Assembly (NCBI GenBank): GCA_913056475.1 | Contig: CAJXMS010000001.1 | Location: 1 to 43,663, forward strand | From: an uncultured Bacteroidota bacterium | GTDB taxonomy: Bacteria; Bacteroidota; Bacteroidia; Flavobacteriales; Schleiferiaceae | Direction of reading: 5' to 3' | Length of the DNA: 43,663 nucleotides | Shown here: positions 27,702-36,244 of the stretch, one piece after another | Layout of the letters: each line of letters opens with the position of its first letter | Numbering within the stretch: the first letter of the stretch is position 1 | The notes under the pieces: model-generated | Database searches by the model: none | What the model was told of the DNA's origin: nothing | Seen by the model: only the letters and a program-made list of their open reading frames with translations | Made by a program: the position numbers and the translations under genes

Positions 27702-28629
27702 AATCGCCAAAGCAAACCTGCTGCTAGGGCTTTGCCTGGTCTCTTCGCTGGCGGCCCAGAACAATACGGAGGCCTACATCCAAAAATGGAGCGAGGTAGC
27801 CCAAAAAGAAATGCAGCTCTACAGCATTCCTGCCAGCATTACCCTGGCCCAGGGTATTTTGGAATCGGGTAGTGGGAAGAGCTATTTGGCCCGGGAGGCC
27901 AAAAACCATTTTGGTATCAAATGCCACGAGGACTGGGACGGGAAAACGGTGTACCGTGATGATGATAAAAAAGACGAGTGCTTCCGCTCCTATGGTAATG
28001 CCCGGGAAAGCTTTCGCGATCATTCGCTTTTTCTGGCCCAGCGATCGCGCTATCAGGAGCTCTTTACGGAAGATCGGACCGACTATAAGGCCTGGGCCAA
28101 AGGGCTCAAAAAAGCCGGTTATGCTACTGATCCTCGCTACCATCGCCGGCTTATTGACCTCATTGAGCGCTATGAGCTGCACCGGTTTGACCAAATAAGA
28201 TCCCCCCGCGAAAAAGCCAGGGAAGCGATAGCTCAACAGGAAAAAGAAGCGGAGGGGGGCTGGCAGCTATTTGATTCCCCTGATCCCCCCATGCCTGTAA
28301 AGGAAACGGCCAACCGCGTGGATTATATCCGGGTACGGGACGGCGATACCTTTGAATCCCTGGCCGCGGTGCTGGATAAGCGCCCCCGGGATCTGCTCAA
28401 GTATAATGAGCTCCGCTATGACGCGGAGCTGGTGCCGGGCCAGCGCTTGTACATACAGCCTAAGCGCAACAAGGCGCATCGAGATACGCCCTATCACGTA
28501 ACAGAGCCCGGGGAAACAATGTACCAGATAGCCCAGCGCTACGGCGTAAAGCTGCGTAAACTTTACCGCCATAATAAGCTCCCGGTAGGGGCCCAGCCGG
28601 TGGAAGATCAGCTGATCCATTTGCGCTAG
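27691..28629 (+). CDS. Glucosaminidase-domain peptidoglycan hydrolase with two LysM domains
   Basis: ASITLAQGILESGSGKSYLAREAKNHFGIKC is the glucosaminidase motif. LysM-like segments are YIRVRDGDTFESLAAVL and YHVTEPGETMYQIAQRYGV. The ATG at 27691 begins the signal peptide MKHKIAKANLLLGLCL, while the tracked ORF starts at 27652. Confidence 0.85.
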   Translation: MKHKIAKANLLLGLCLVSSLAAQNNTEAYIQKWSEVAQKEMQLYSIPASITLAQGILESGSGKSYLAREAKNHFGIKCHEDWDGKTVYRDDDKKDECFRSYGNARESFRDHSLFLAQRSRYQELFTEDRTDYKAWAKGLKKAGYATDPRYHRRLIDLIERYELHRFDQIRSPREKAREAIAQQEKEAEGGWQLFDSPDPPMPVKETANRVDYIRVRDGDTFESLAAVLDKRPRDLLKYNELRYDAELVPGQRLYIQPKRNKAHRDTPYHVTEPGETMYQIAQRYGVKLRKLYRHNKLPVGAQPVEDQLIHLR

Positions 28630-28820
28630 AGGGTTTAAAGATGTTTTGGTACGTACGTGGGGGCAGGTTTTCTTCGTCTTTACAGCGATGGCGGGGAGGG
28701 TAGAGCAATTGCCGCAAATCGGAGGCCTGGTCCTTCAAAGGTCCTTTCCGGGCCCACCATTAATTTAGGAAACTAAGCAGGGGGCCGCTATCACATTTGG
28801 CCGGTAGGCCTACCCTGGAG

Positions 28821-29630
28821 CTACCAGTGCCGGCGTAGAAGGGAATCGCTGCGGCGGAAGAGCAAGGGTAGCCAGCGCTGGTGCATAAGCCCGGAAAAAT
28901 GAAGGGAGTCGGGGGCCACTAAGTTTGGATGGCCCCGAGCGGTGCGGCTAAGAGCGGTTATGGCCGCATAGCCTGTGCCCAGGGAATCGCTGAGGTGGCG
29001 GTTTACCGCGTTATAACGGTCTATGGCCGCTGCTATGGAGTCATGCTGGCCCCGCCCAGAAGGGGTGGCACTCCAGTCGGGGATACTGATTACCAATACG
29101 CGAGAAGGCTCTCCCTGGGCGTGGTCAATAGCGCGCTGGATCAGCAGGCGCATTTCCCGGTGGTATAGGGGAAGGGGGAGGCCCTGATACTGATTATTGA
29201 CCCCAATGAGGAGGGTCACCAGTTGATAATTACTGTCCACCCGGCTGGTATCCAGGCTCCGTAGTAAATCGGTCGTTGTCCATCCATTGCGGGCTATGAT
29301 GCGCAGGTAGGTGGTCTTGTACCGGTGGGCTTGCATTAGGCTGTTCGCTAGTAAGCTGGGGTATCGCTGCTGGTTTGGGATGGCGGTGCCGATGGTGTAG
29401 CTATTGCCTAAGGCGAGGTAATGGAGGGCTGCTGGCGGAGCGTTATGGGCCTGGTGGGCGGGAGGTCCTGAAGACTGGCAGGAGAGCATTAAGCTGAGCA
29501 AGCCTCCCAAAAGAAGTGAGGTATTTTTATATTTTTGACGACTTAGTGGAGCAAATACGGGATACTTAAATAAAATCAATAAGGAAATGGGTGGAGGGTT
29601 AAGGCGAGGTTTTTTACTGGGGGTGTTCAT
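28821..29630 (-). CDS. SGNH/GDSL-like hydrolase, probable lipoprotein
   Basis: LALGNSYTIG is block I with Ser, and GVNNQY is block III. The C-terminal region has PDSLHFS, DxxH-like. The start is uncertain because the full ORF overlaps the divergent regulator gene by 44 nt. Confidence 0.7.
   Translation of the reverse strand: MNTPSKKPRLNPPPISLLILFKYPVFAPLSRQKYKNTSLLLGGLLSLMLSCQSSGPPAHQAHNAPPAALHYLALGNSYTIGTAIPNQQRYPSLLANSLMQAHRYKTTYLRIIARNGWTTTDLLRSLDTSRVDSNYQLVTLLIGVNNQYQGLPLPLYHREMRLLIQRAIDHAQGEPSRVLVISIPDWSATPSGRGQHDSIAAAIDRYNAVNRHLSDSLGTGYAAITALSRTARGHPNLVAPDSLHFSGLMHQRWLPLLFRRSDSLLRRHW
29530..29537 (+). promoter_or_regulatory. Candidate -7 promoter box (TAnnTTTG) for the TPR-LytTR regulator
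   Basis: tatttttg sits in an AT-rich patch 50 nt upstream of the ATG at 29587, inside the annotated 5' end of the opposite-strand SGNH ORF. Confidence 0.3.
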
Positions 29631-31308
29631 GGGGGTGCTGGGCGTAGTTGGGCTGAAAGGCCAAGTTCCGGAAAAATTGGATTTGTACCTTAAAAAATGT
29701 CGTCAAAATGCGCATCAACCCGATAGCCTGCGTTATTACGGCAAGCAAATGCTGCTGCTGGAAGCGAAGGAAGCGCAGTACGAGGGGAAGTTTGCCCTGG
29801 GGTATGCGCTATACCAGGAAGGACATTTTATGCGAGCGGCCCACTATTACCTGGAAGCCCTGGAATATGCGGATTCGCTAGCGGCGCCGGGTAAATACGA
29901 GCGGATACTGCGCAACCGGGGTATCGCTTTGAGTAAAGGCGGGGAGGCAGATAAAAGCCAGGCGGTATTTCACCGTTTGCTCAGCATGGCCCAAGCTCGC
30001 CGGGACAGCGGCGCCATAGCCCGGGCCCAAAATGAATTGGGCTTGCAGTACCGTCTTTCGGGAAAATTCGAAGAGGCCATGACTCATTTACGAGAGGCAC
30101 TGGCAATATCGGAAGCGCTGGATAAGCCCAGGGTGGTCAATATTTACACCAATATAGCTATCCTTTATGGAAATATGGACCAGGATAGTCTGGCCGGCAA
30201 TTGGTTTAGAAAGGCTTTCCGCAGGGCAAAAAGGTACGGTATCGTTAAGCTGGAGCAGCGGACTATCAATAACCTGGCAAATTACTTCCGGGTTCAGAAA
30301 GAATGGGACTCAGCTTTTTACTACAGCCGGAAAATGCGAGAGCATTGGGCCACCTTAGCTCCCCGTGAACGCAGCCTGCACCTCCAAAATCAGGCGGATC
30401 TACTGCTGCAGATGAAGCGGTTGAGCCGGGCCGATTCTTTTTACCGGACCGCCTTCCAAATGATGCCGCCAGAGATGGAAAGTCTACGCTTAAGCGAACT
30501 CTATAGCCTGGGAGCAAGACTGGCCCTGGCCCGGGGAAAGCACGATACGGCCCGGGAGCGCATAAACCGGGTGTTGGCCATAGCTAAGCGCTCCAAGCGT
30601 CCGGTGCGACGGGCACAGGCCTTGCTTATCAAATCCCAGTTGGCCGAACAAACCGGACAAACCAGGGAGGCGCTAAACCTTTACAAACGCTATACCCATC
30701 TGGAGGATAGCCTGGCCAATGCGGAAACGCAAACCCAGGTACAGCGCCTGCTTACCGAATATGAGGTAGCGGAGCGCAAAAAAGAATTGAGCCTTCTTCA
30801 AAAAAGCCAGGCCAGCTGGGAGCGGGCCTCCTGGTTAAGTCTTCTCCTGGCGCTGCTTTTAGCGGGAGCAGGCTTTATTTATTACCGCCGTTATCGCAGT
30901 ACCCGGCGTTCCTTTACCACCTCGCAGGAACGGCTGGACCAGGCCCGGGAGCGCCTTAATCAAGTGCAAACGAAATTAGAACAAGCCACCCGCTCGGAAG
31001 TAGCCCCGCAAATAAGGCTCAAGAGCAAGGCCGTAATTGACCTCGACCATTTAGAATGCCTGGAAAGTGAGGGCCATTACTTGCATTTTTACATGAAGGA
31101 CCGCAGCCGCCCTGAGGTAGAGCGGAGCACCCTGAAAGACATGCTTGAACGCCTCCCGGGGGAGCAATTTTTGCAGGTTCATCGCTCCTATGCGGTAAAT
31201 ACCCGCTACATTAAAGCGCTTTACGCCAATCGAATTCTTACCCACTCCGGCCGTGAAATACCGGTCTCCCGAACTTTTAAAGACAGCCTAAGGGAACTGC
31301 ATAGTTAA
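29587..31308 (+). CDS. Membrane-anchored TPR-repeat LytTR-family transcriptional regulator
   Basis: It has an N-terminal hydrophobic segment, TPR-like repeats, a coiled coil, the TM segment WLSLLLALLLAGAGFIYY, and a C-terminal LytTR domain (LHFYMKDRSRPEVERSTLKDMLERLPGEQFLQVHRSYAVNTRYI). An alternative ATG lies at 29629. Confidence 0.8.
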   Translation: MGGGLRRGFLLGVFMGVLGVVGLKGQVPEKLDLYLKKCRQNAHQPDSLRYYGKQMLLLEAKEAQYEGKFALGYALYQEGHFMRAAHYYLEALEYADSLAAPGKYERILRNRGIALSKGGEADKSQAVFHRLLSMAQARRDSGAIARAQNELGLQYRLSGKFEEAMTHLREALAISEALDKPRVVNIYTNIAILYGNMDQDSLAGNWFRKAFRRAKRYGIVKLEQRTINNLANYFRVQKEWDSAFYYSRKMREHWATLAPRERSLHLQNQADLLLQMKRLSRADSFYRTAFQMMPPEMESLRLSELYSLGARLALARGKHDTARERINRVLAIAKRSKRPVRRAQALLIKSQLAEQTGQTREALNLYKRYTHLEDSLANAETQTQVQRLLTEYEVAERKKELSLLQKSQASWERASWLSLLLALLLAGAGFIYYRRYRSTRRSFTTSQERLDQARERLNQVQTKLEQATRSEVAPQIRLKSKAVIDLDHLECLESEGHYLHFYMKDRSRPEVERSTLKDMLERLPGEQFLQVHRSYAVNTRYIKALYANRILTHSGREIPVSRTFKDSLRELHS

Positions 31309-31532
31309 AGTGCAGCATACCCTGTTTTTTAGCTGAGTACCTTCTCTTCCTTTTGATACCCTCCCTTTCTTTGGCCGCTTCGCTGATCGACAGAGGGTTT
31401 GCCCATCCTGTCCGGTGGCTCAGAGCCCCGCTTGAGGCGCCTAAAAAGACGCGCGAGGGATAGAGCTGAGTGCGCTAAGGCTAACCCCTTATCATGCTTG
31501 GATGCGTACTTGTTCGTAAGGGCTTAGGCCTG

Positions 31533-31540
31533 TACCTTTG
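31533..31540 (+). promoter_or_regulatory. Candidate -7 promoter box (TAnnTTTG) for DUF5522-hutU
   Basis: tacctttg lies 18 nt upstream of the ATG at 31559. A TTG at 31510-31512 sits at a -33-like 20-nt spacing. Confidence 0.4.
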
Positions 31541-31558
31541 ATGGCCTTTAGCAAGTCT

Positions 31559-31717
31559 TATGGCCCAGCTCGAACCCGGTGATTATTACATGAGTGATGA
31601 AGGTTTTGTGGTCTTTACCAAACAGTACCACCTCAAAAGAGGTTATTGCTGCCAAAGCGGCTGCAAACACTGTCCTTACGGTTTTGATATAAAAACGGGT
31701 CGCTTTAAAAAGTCTTA
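31559..31717 (+). CDS. Small Cys-rich protein, DUF5522-like (52 aa)
   Basis: It is below the ORF-track size cutoff. My translation is MAQLEPGDYYMSDEGFVVFTKQYHLKRGYCCQSGCKHCPYGFDIKTGRFKKS. The YHLxRGYCCxxGCxHCPY pattern matches the DUF5522 family as I remember it. A promoter box lies upstream. Confidence 0.65.
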
Positions 31718-31749
31718 AGGGCTTCTGTCCCTCCCCTAAAAATAGCATA

Positions 31750-33762
31750 ATGGAAACAGCAATCGATTTTAAATCTGCCGTAGCTGAAGGTATCCCTAAG
31801 GAACTTCCGCCGCGGGCTAGTTTAGATCCTCAGGTGAGCCACGCGCCCCATCGAAAAGAAATTCTCACCCCAGAAGAGAAAGAGCTGGCCCTGCGCAATG
31901 CGCTCCGCTATTTCCCCAGCCAGTGGCACGAAACCCTCGCGCCGGAGTTTGCCGAAGAATTGGCCCAATACGGTAGGATATACATGTACCGCTTCCGGCC
32001 CGCTTATGACATGTACGCGCGCCCCCTGGAGGACTACCCCGGGCGCTGTTCGCAAGCCAAGGCCATTATGGTGATGATCCAAAATAACCTGGATCCCGCG
32101 GTGGCGCAGCATCCCCACGAGCTCATTACTTACGGTGGCAATGGAGCGGTATTTCAAAACTGGGCGCAGTACCGTCTTACCATGCAGTATCTGGCAGAAA
32201 TGACGGAAGAGCAAACCCTGCACATGTACAGTGGCCATCCGCTGGGCTTGTTTCCAAGCCATCCCGAAGCGCCCCGGGTAGTAGTGAGCAACGGTATGAT
32301 GATCCCCAACTATTCCAAACCGGACGATTGGGAACGTTACAACGCCTTGGGGGTAACCCAATTTGGCCAGATGACGGCGGGGAGTTATATGTACATCGGG
32401 CCCCAGGGGATTGTCCACGGAACCACCATAACGGTACTTAATGCCTTGCGTAAGCTCGGTAAAAAACCCGGAGAAGGAGCGCTTTTTGTGACGGCGGGGC
32501 TGGGCGGTATGAGTGGTGCTCAGCCCAAGGCAGCCAACATAGCCGGGTGTGTCTCGGTAACGGCCGAGGTAAACCCCCAGGCTTCTCGGAAGCGTTACGA
32601 GCAAGGCTGGGTAGACGAAATCGTAGACGATGTAACGGAACTCGCACAGCGGGTCCAAAAAGCCCAGCAAGAAAACCAAACCATCTCCTTTGCTTACGAA
32701 GGGAATGTGGTGGAGGTATGGGAGTATTTCTATGAAAGGGGCCTTCAAATTGACCTGGGCTCCGATCAAACCTCCTTGCACAATCCCTGGGCCGGCGGCT
32801 ATTACCCGGTGGGTATGTCTTACGAAACGGCCAATGAAATGATGGCCCGGGATCCCGAAGGTTTTGCCGAGGAAGTGCGCACCAGCCTGCGACGCCACGC
32901 GGCAGCGGTCAATAAGCACGCAGATAAAGGCACCTATTTTTTTGATTACGGCAATGCCTTTCTCTTGGAAGCCAGCCGGGCTGGCGCAGCCGTTGAGGCT
33001 CAAGACCCCGGCATTGGTCGAGAATTTCGATACCCTAGCTATATCCAGGACATTCTGGGGCCTATGTGCTTTGATTACGGCTTTGGGCCCTTCCGCTGGG
33101 TCTGTACTTCTGGTAAACCGGAAGACCTGGCCCGCACCGATGCCATCGCCGCGGCCGTACTTCGAGAAATGGCCGCCCAGGCTCCCGCAGAAATTCGCCA
33201 GCAAATGGACGATAACCGCCGCTGGATAGAAGCCGCCGCCGAAAATAAGATGGTGGTGGGTAGCCAGGCACGCATCCTTTATGCCGATAGTGAAGGACGG
33301 ATCGCCATTGCTAAAGCCTTTAACGAGGCTATTCGCCAGGGGGAATTGGGGCCGGTAGTCCTGGGCCGTGACCACCACGATGTGAGTGGCACCGATTCGC
33401 CCTACCGGGAAACGTCCAATATTTACGATGGCTCTCGCTTTACCGCCGATATGGCCATTCAAAACGTCATCGGCGATAGCTTCCGGGGCGCCACCTGGGT
33501 AAGTATTCACAATGGCGGCGGCGTAGGCTGGGGGGAAGTGATCAACGGCGGCTTTGGCATGCTACTGGACGGAACGGATGCCGCTGACCGCCGCCTCGAG
33601 AATATGCTGCATTACGATGTGAATAACGGTATTGCCCGGCGAAGCTGGGCCCGAAACGCCCCGGCTCAGTGGGCCATCAAGCGAGAAATGGAACGGACGC
33701 CCGGTCTGAAAGTTACCCTGGCCCAAGAGGTGCAGGAAGACTTGCAACGGTTTTTGGGATAG
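31750..33762 (+). CDS. hutU: Urocanate hydratase
   Basis: It is 670 aa. Motifs include ITYGGNGAVFQNWAQY, GQMTAGSYMYIGPQGIVHGT, VTAGLGGMSGAQPKA and GRDHHDVSGTDSPYRETSN. Confidence 0.95.
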   Translation: METAIDFKSAVAEGIPKELPPRASLDPQVSHAPHRKEILTPEEKELALRNALRYFPSQWHETLAPEFAEELAQYGRIYMYRFRPAYDMYARPLEDYPGRCSQAKAIMVMIQNNLDPAVAQHPHELITYGGNGAVFQNWAQYRLTMQYLAEMTEEQTLHMYSGHPLGLFPSHPEAPRVVVSNGMMIPNYSKPDDWERYNALGVTQFGQMTAGSYMYIGPQGIVHGTTITVLNALRKLGKKPGEGALFVTAGLGGMSGAQPKAANIAGCVSVTAEVNPQASRKRYEQGWVDEIVDDVTELAQRVQKAQQENQTISFAYEGNVVEVWEYFYERGLQIDLGSDQTSLHNPWAGGYYPVGMSYETANEMMARDPEGFAEEVRTSLRRHAAAVNKHADKGTYFFDYGNAFLLEASRAGAAVEAQDPGIGREFRYPSYIQDILGPMCFDYGFGPFRWVCTSGKPEDLARTDAIAAAVLREMAAQAPAEIRQQMDDNRRWIEAAAENKMVVGSQARILYADSEGRIAIAKAFNEAIRQGELGPVVLGRDHHDVSGTDSPYRETSNIYDGSRFTADMAIQNVIGDSFRGATWVSIHNGGGVGWGEVINGGFGMLLDGTDAADRRLENMLHYDVNNGIARRSWARNAPAQWAIKREMERTPGLKVTLAQEVQEDLQRFLG

Positions 33763-33850
33763 AACTTTCGAATACAAAGGACCAAGAAGACTGGGGGCTG
33801 ATAATTTTTTTCATCTCCAGGCCGTTTGCTTTCCATTAGGCGTTCCACTT

Positions 33851-34348
33851 ATGGGCCGAACCCTCTTATTATTTCTAAGCTTCAGTCTGCTGGCCTGCGA
33901 AAAAGACCAGGAACCGGAAAGTCATTCGCCTCCTTCGTTTAGCTATCGCTTTAACGAAGGGCAGAACGAGCTCAAGACAGCCTATACCGGCGATCATCCC
34001 CGCGATCTGCGCGCCGAGATGCAGCTTTTAGAAGGAGATTCCGGGGGTACGCGCATTCGCATCACTTTTTCTAATACCCTCGAGGGAGAGACCTATGCGG
34101 TTCACGCCCACGATTATGATGCCGATAGTACCATCGGTCTGCCTTATGAATTTTCAGTGAATACCGCTGTGCTCAATCAAAATCCTGTGGGGAGAACGGG
34201 GACCCTGGAGATAGAACAGCATTCCGATTCTTCAGTTGCTTATTTTGAGAACCGCTACCAAGGATATTTGGTGGTGCACGACCCTCTGCAGCCCGTGCAA
34301 ACCAAAAAGCCCTCCAGCTTTCTTATCCTGGGTCGCTTTGCCCGCTAG
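33851..34348 (+). CDS. Hypothetical lipoprotein
   Basis: The signal peptide carries the lipobox LLAC. There is no recognisable family, but a His/Asp-rich patch YAVHAHDYDAD is present. Confidence 0.6.
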   Translation: MGRTLLLFLSFSLLACEKDQEPESHSPPSFSYRFNEGQNELKTAYTGDHPRDLRAEMQLLEGDSGGTRIRITFSNTLEGETYAVHAHDYDADSTIGLPYEFSVNTAVLNQNPVGRTGTLEIEQHSDSSVAYFENRYQGYLVVHDPLQPVQTKKPSSFLILGRFAR

Positions 34349-34433
34349 GCCGGCCTAATATTTTTCTGTGAAGCGCGCCTTAAGTAGGGACTGTCTATAC
34401 AGTCGAGTGGCTGGCTCAGAAAGATGGCCAGCG

Positions 34434-34496
34434 AGGCTTGCGCAGCTTCAAAAAGGGGAGTTTACAAGGGTAAATGAGCATTTTTGAAGCAAGCCT
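34434..34496. other. Long interrupted hairpin (9 + 7 bp, 5-nt bulge, 26-nt loop) in a convergent-gene spacer
   Basis: aggcttg[cgcag]cttcaaaaa ... tttttgaag caagcct, with all 16 pairs Watson-Crick. It is preceded by the smaller hairpins 34389-34404 (gactgt/acagtc) and 34410-34432 (gctggc/gccagc). Confidence 0.5.
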
Positions 34497-34558
34497 AACG
34501 AAGCTCACCGATTTTGTAGACAAACCCGAAATAGCAAACCACCCAACAAAGAGTATCC

Positions 34559-35449
34559 TTAGACGGCCCCTTCCTGCCGGCGCACCATATTGTAAATAGC
34601 CAGCAAGGCCACCCCAAAGCCCACCCCCAGAAGGATGAGCAGGGAATTGTATTGCCCCTGGATGGTAAAGGAGAGCCGGATAAGCACCGTGCTTACGATA
34701 TATCCACTATTGCGGATCAGCTGGCTGTAGCCCTGAATAAAATTCAGTGAGATCAGCAGGATCAGTACGTCTACCCAGATGAGGATCACGAAAAAGTCGT
34801 GGTAGAAAATAGCGTTGACATCTGAAAGGACTGCAATTTCGCCTTGCTGGAATTGATACAATTCCACGAGCCAACGTCCTAGTTCATAAAAGATTAAACC
34901 GGCCAGCACCGGGACCAGCATCACGCTGATCCGGCGCTTGTAGTGGATAAAGCGCTCAAAACGGCTGTCTTGTTCGGAACCTTGCAGTTGGCTACGCAGC
35001 CGTTTGAAAAGGTAAATGAGTAGGAAAAGGAGTAAAAACACCCCCACGTCTATCAGGAGACTGTAGTGCTCCTCACTGAGTAGCCAGGTGCCGCTAAAAT
35101 CAATCATCGAGATATCCTTAAAGACCCGCCGGATTAAAATGAGGGCAATGATCTCAAATTGCTTTTGCACGGAGCTGGTAAAGGAGCGCGGTAACTGCTC
35201 GATAAGCAGATAGACTTCCCAGATAAGAATAAAGGAAAAGGGCGTGTAGAGGGCCGAGATGGGATTGGTCAGGAAGTTTTCCCAAGGCCCTGTAGCCCGG
35301 ATCAAGCCCCACTGCGTGAGCGCTATGGCCGTCAGGTGGATCCCAAACCCTGCGATACTCAAGCCCACGATAAAGCGCTCCACCTTTTCTTTGAGCTGGG
35401 GCCCAAACAAGACGGCATAAGTATTCTCCCAGGGAATGCTGATACGCAT
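34559..35449 (-). CDS. Hypothetical multi-pass membrane protein
   Basis: The 296-aa ORF has at least six hydrophobic segments. No family is recognised. Confidence 0.65.
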   Translation of the reverse strand: MRISIPWENTYAVLFGPQLKEKVERFIVGLSIAGFGIHLTAIALTQWGLIRATGPWENFLTNPISALYTPFSFILIWEVYLLIEQLPRSFTSSVQKQFEIIALILIRRVFKDISMIDFSGTWLLSEEHYSLLIDVGVFLLLFLLIYLFKRLRSQLQGSEQDSRFERFIHYKRRISVMLVPVLAGLIFYELGRWLVELYQFQQGEIAVLSDVNAIFYHDFFVILIWVDVLILLISLNFIQGYSQLIRNSGYIVSTVLIRLSFTIQGQYNSLLILLGVGFGVALLAIYNMVRRQEGAV

Positions 35450-35529
35450 AACTCTTAAAAGGAATCACAGCGGAAATTGTTTGAGGATCAGTTAAAAAGA
35501 AAAGCTGCCGCTATGCAAGGGGGAATAGT

Positions 35530-35537
35530 TATTTTTG
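35530..35537 (+). promoter_or_regulatory. Candidate -7 promoter box (TAnnTTTG) for the ompH-like gene
   Basis: tatttttg lies 25 nt upstream of the ATG at 35563. Confidence 0.35.
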
Positions 35538-35562
35538 CCACCCAGGTGCAAAATACTTCTTC

Positions 35563-36201
35563 ATGCAAAAAATAACGCCTATCCTTCTCCTGCTGCTGGT
35601 AGCGGCGGTAATCATCCTCTATGTTGATCGCTACGCGGGAAGCCAAAACCCCAATACTGCTACGGCGCCGGATACCACGGCGGCTGAATTTAACCAGGGT
35701 AAGATGGGAGCCGCACGTATCGGCTACATCCGTTATGATTCCCTGGTACAGGGCTACGAATATCATCAAGAACTGCTTAGCAAACTGGAAGCGGAAGCCC
35801 GGGCCCTACGCCAAGACCTCGACCAAAAAAGCCAGGCCTTTCAAGAGAATGTAACCGTTCTGCGGGAGCAAGCGGGTCAGCTCAATCAGCAGCAGCTCCA
35901 GCAAGCACAGCAAGAACTGCAAGCCAAGCAGCAGCAGCTTATGCAGTACCGCAATGAGCGCAGTCAAGTACTGGCCGAGCAGCAAGAAAAACTTACCCAG
36001 CTGCTGCGCGACGACCTAACGGTGGTACTGGATAGCATTCGCCAGGCACGCAAGCTTGACTTCATCCTTACCAAAGATCGCTCCAGCGACGTCCTATCCG
36101 CCCGGCCCGCCTATGATATCACCGAAACCGTGGTGAAGGCGCTTAACCAGAATTACGAACGTCCCGACAGTGTGAGGATTGATACCGCCAATTTGCCCTG
36201 A
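35563..36201 (+). CDS. OmpH/Skp-family periplasmic chaperone
   Basis: It has a signal/anchor segment and a long Q-rich coiled coil (QQQLQQAQQELQAKQQQLMQYRNERSQVLAEQQEKL) typical of Bacteroidota OmpH. Confidence 0.85.
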   Translation: MQKITPILLLLLVAAVIILYVDRYAGSQNPNTATAPDTTAAEFNQGKMGAARIGYIRYDSLVQGYEYHQELLSKLEAEARALRQDLDQKSQAFQENVTVLREQAGQLNQQQLQQAQQELQAKQQQLMQYRNERSQVLAEQQEKLTQLLRDDLTVVLDSIRQARKLDFILTKDRSSDVLSARPAYDITETVVKALNQNYERPDSVRIDTANLP

Positions 36202-36244
36202 TCATCAATCCGCCCCTTCCTGAGGTCGCTCTAAATTTTCACCG

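Noticed and set aside
31822-33510. A 562-aa ORF antisense to hutU.
   Set aside because: Its codons are exactly aligned with the hutU codons on the opposite strand: (33510-31750) mod 3 = 2. It therefore stays open simply because hutU avoids TTA, CTA and TCA codons. The translated sequence is low-complexity (G/A/P/R/V-rich) with no recognisable motifs.
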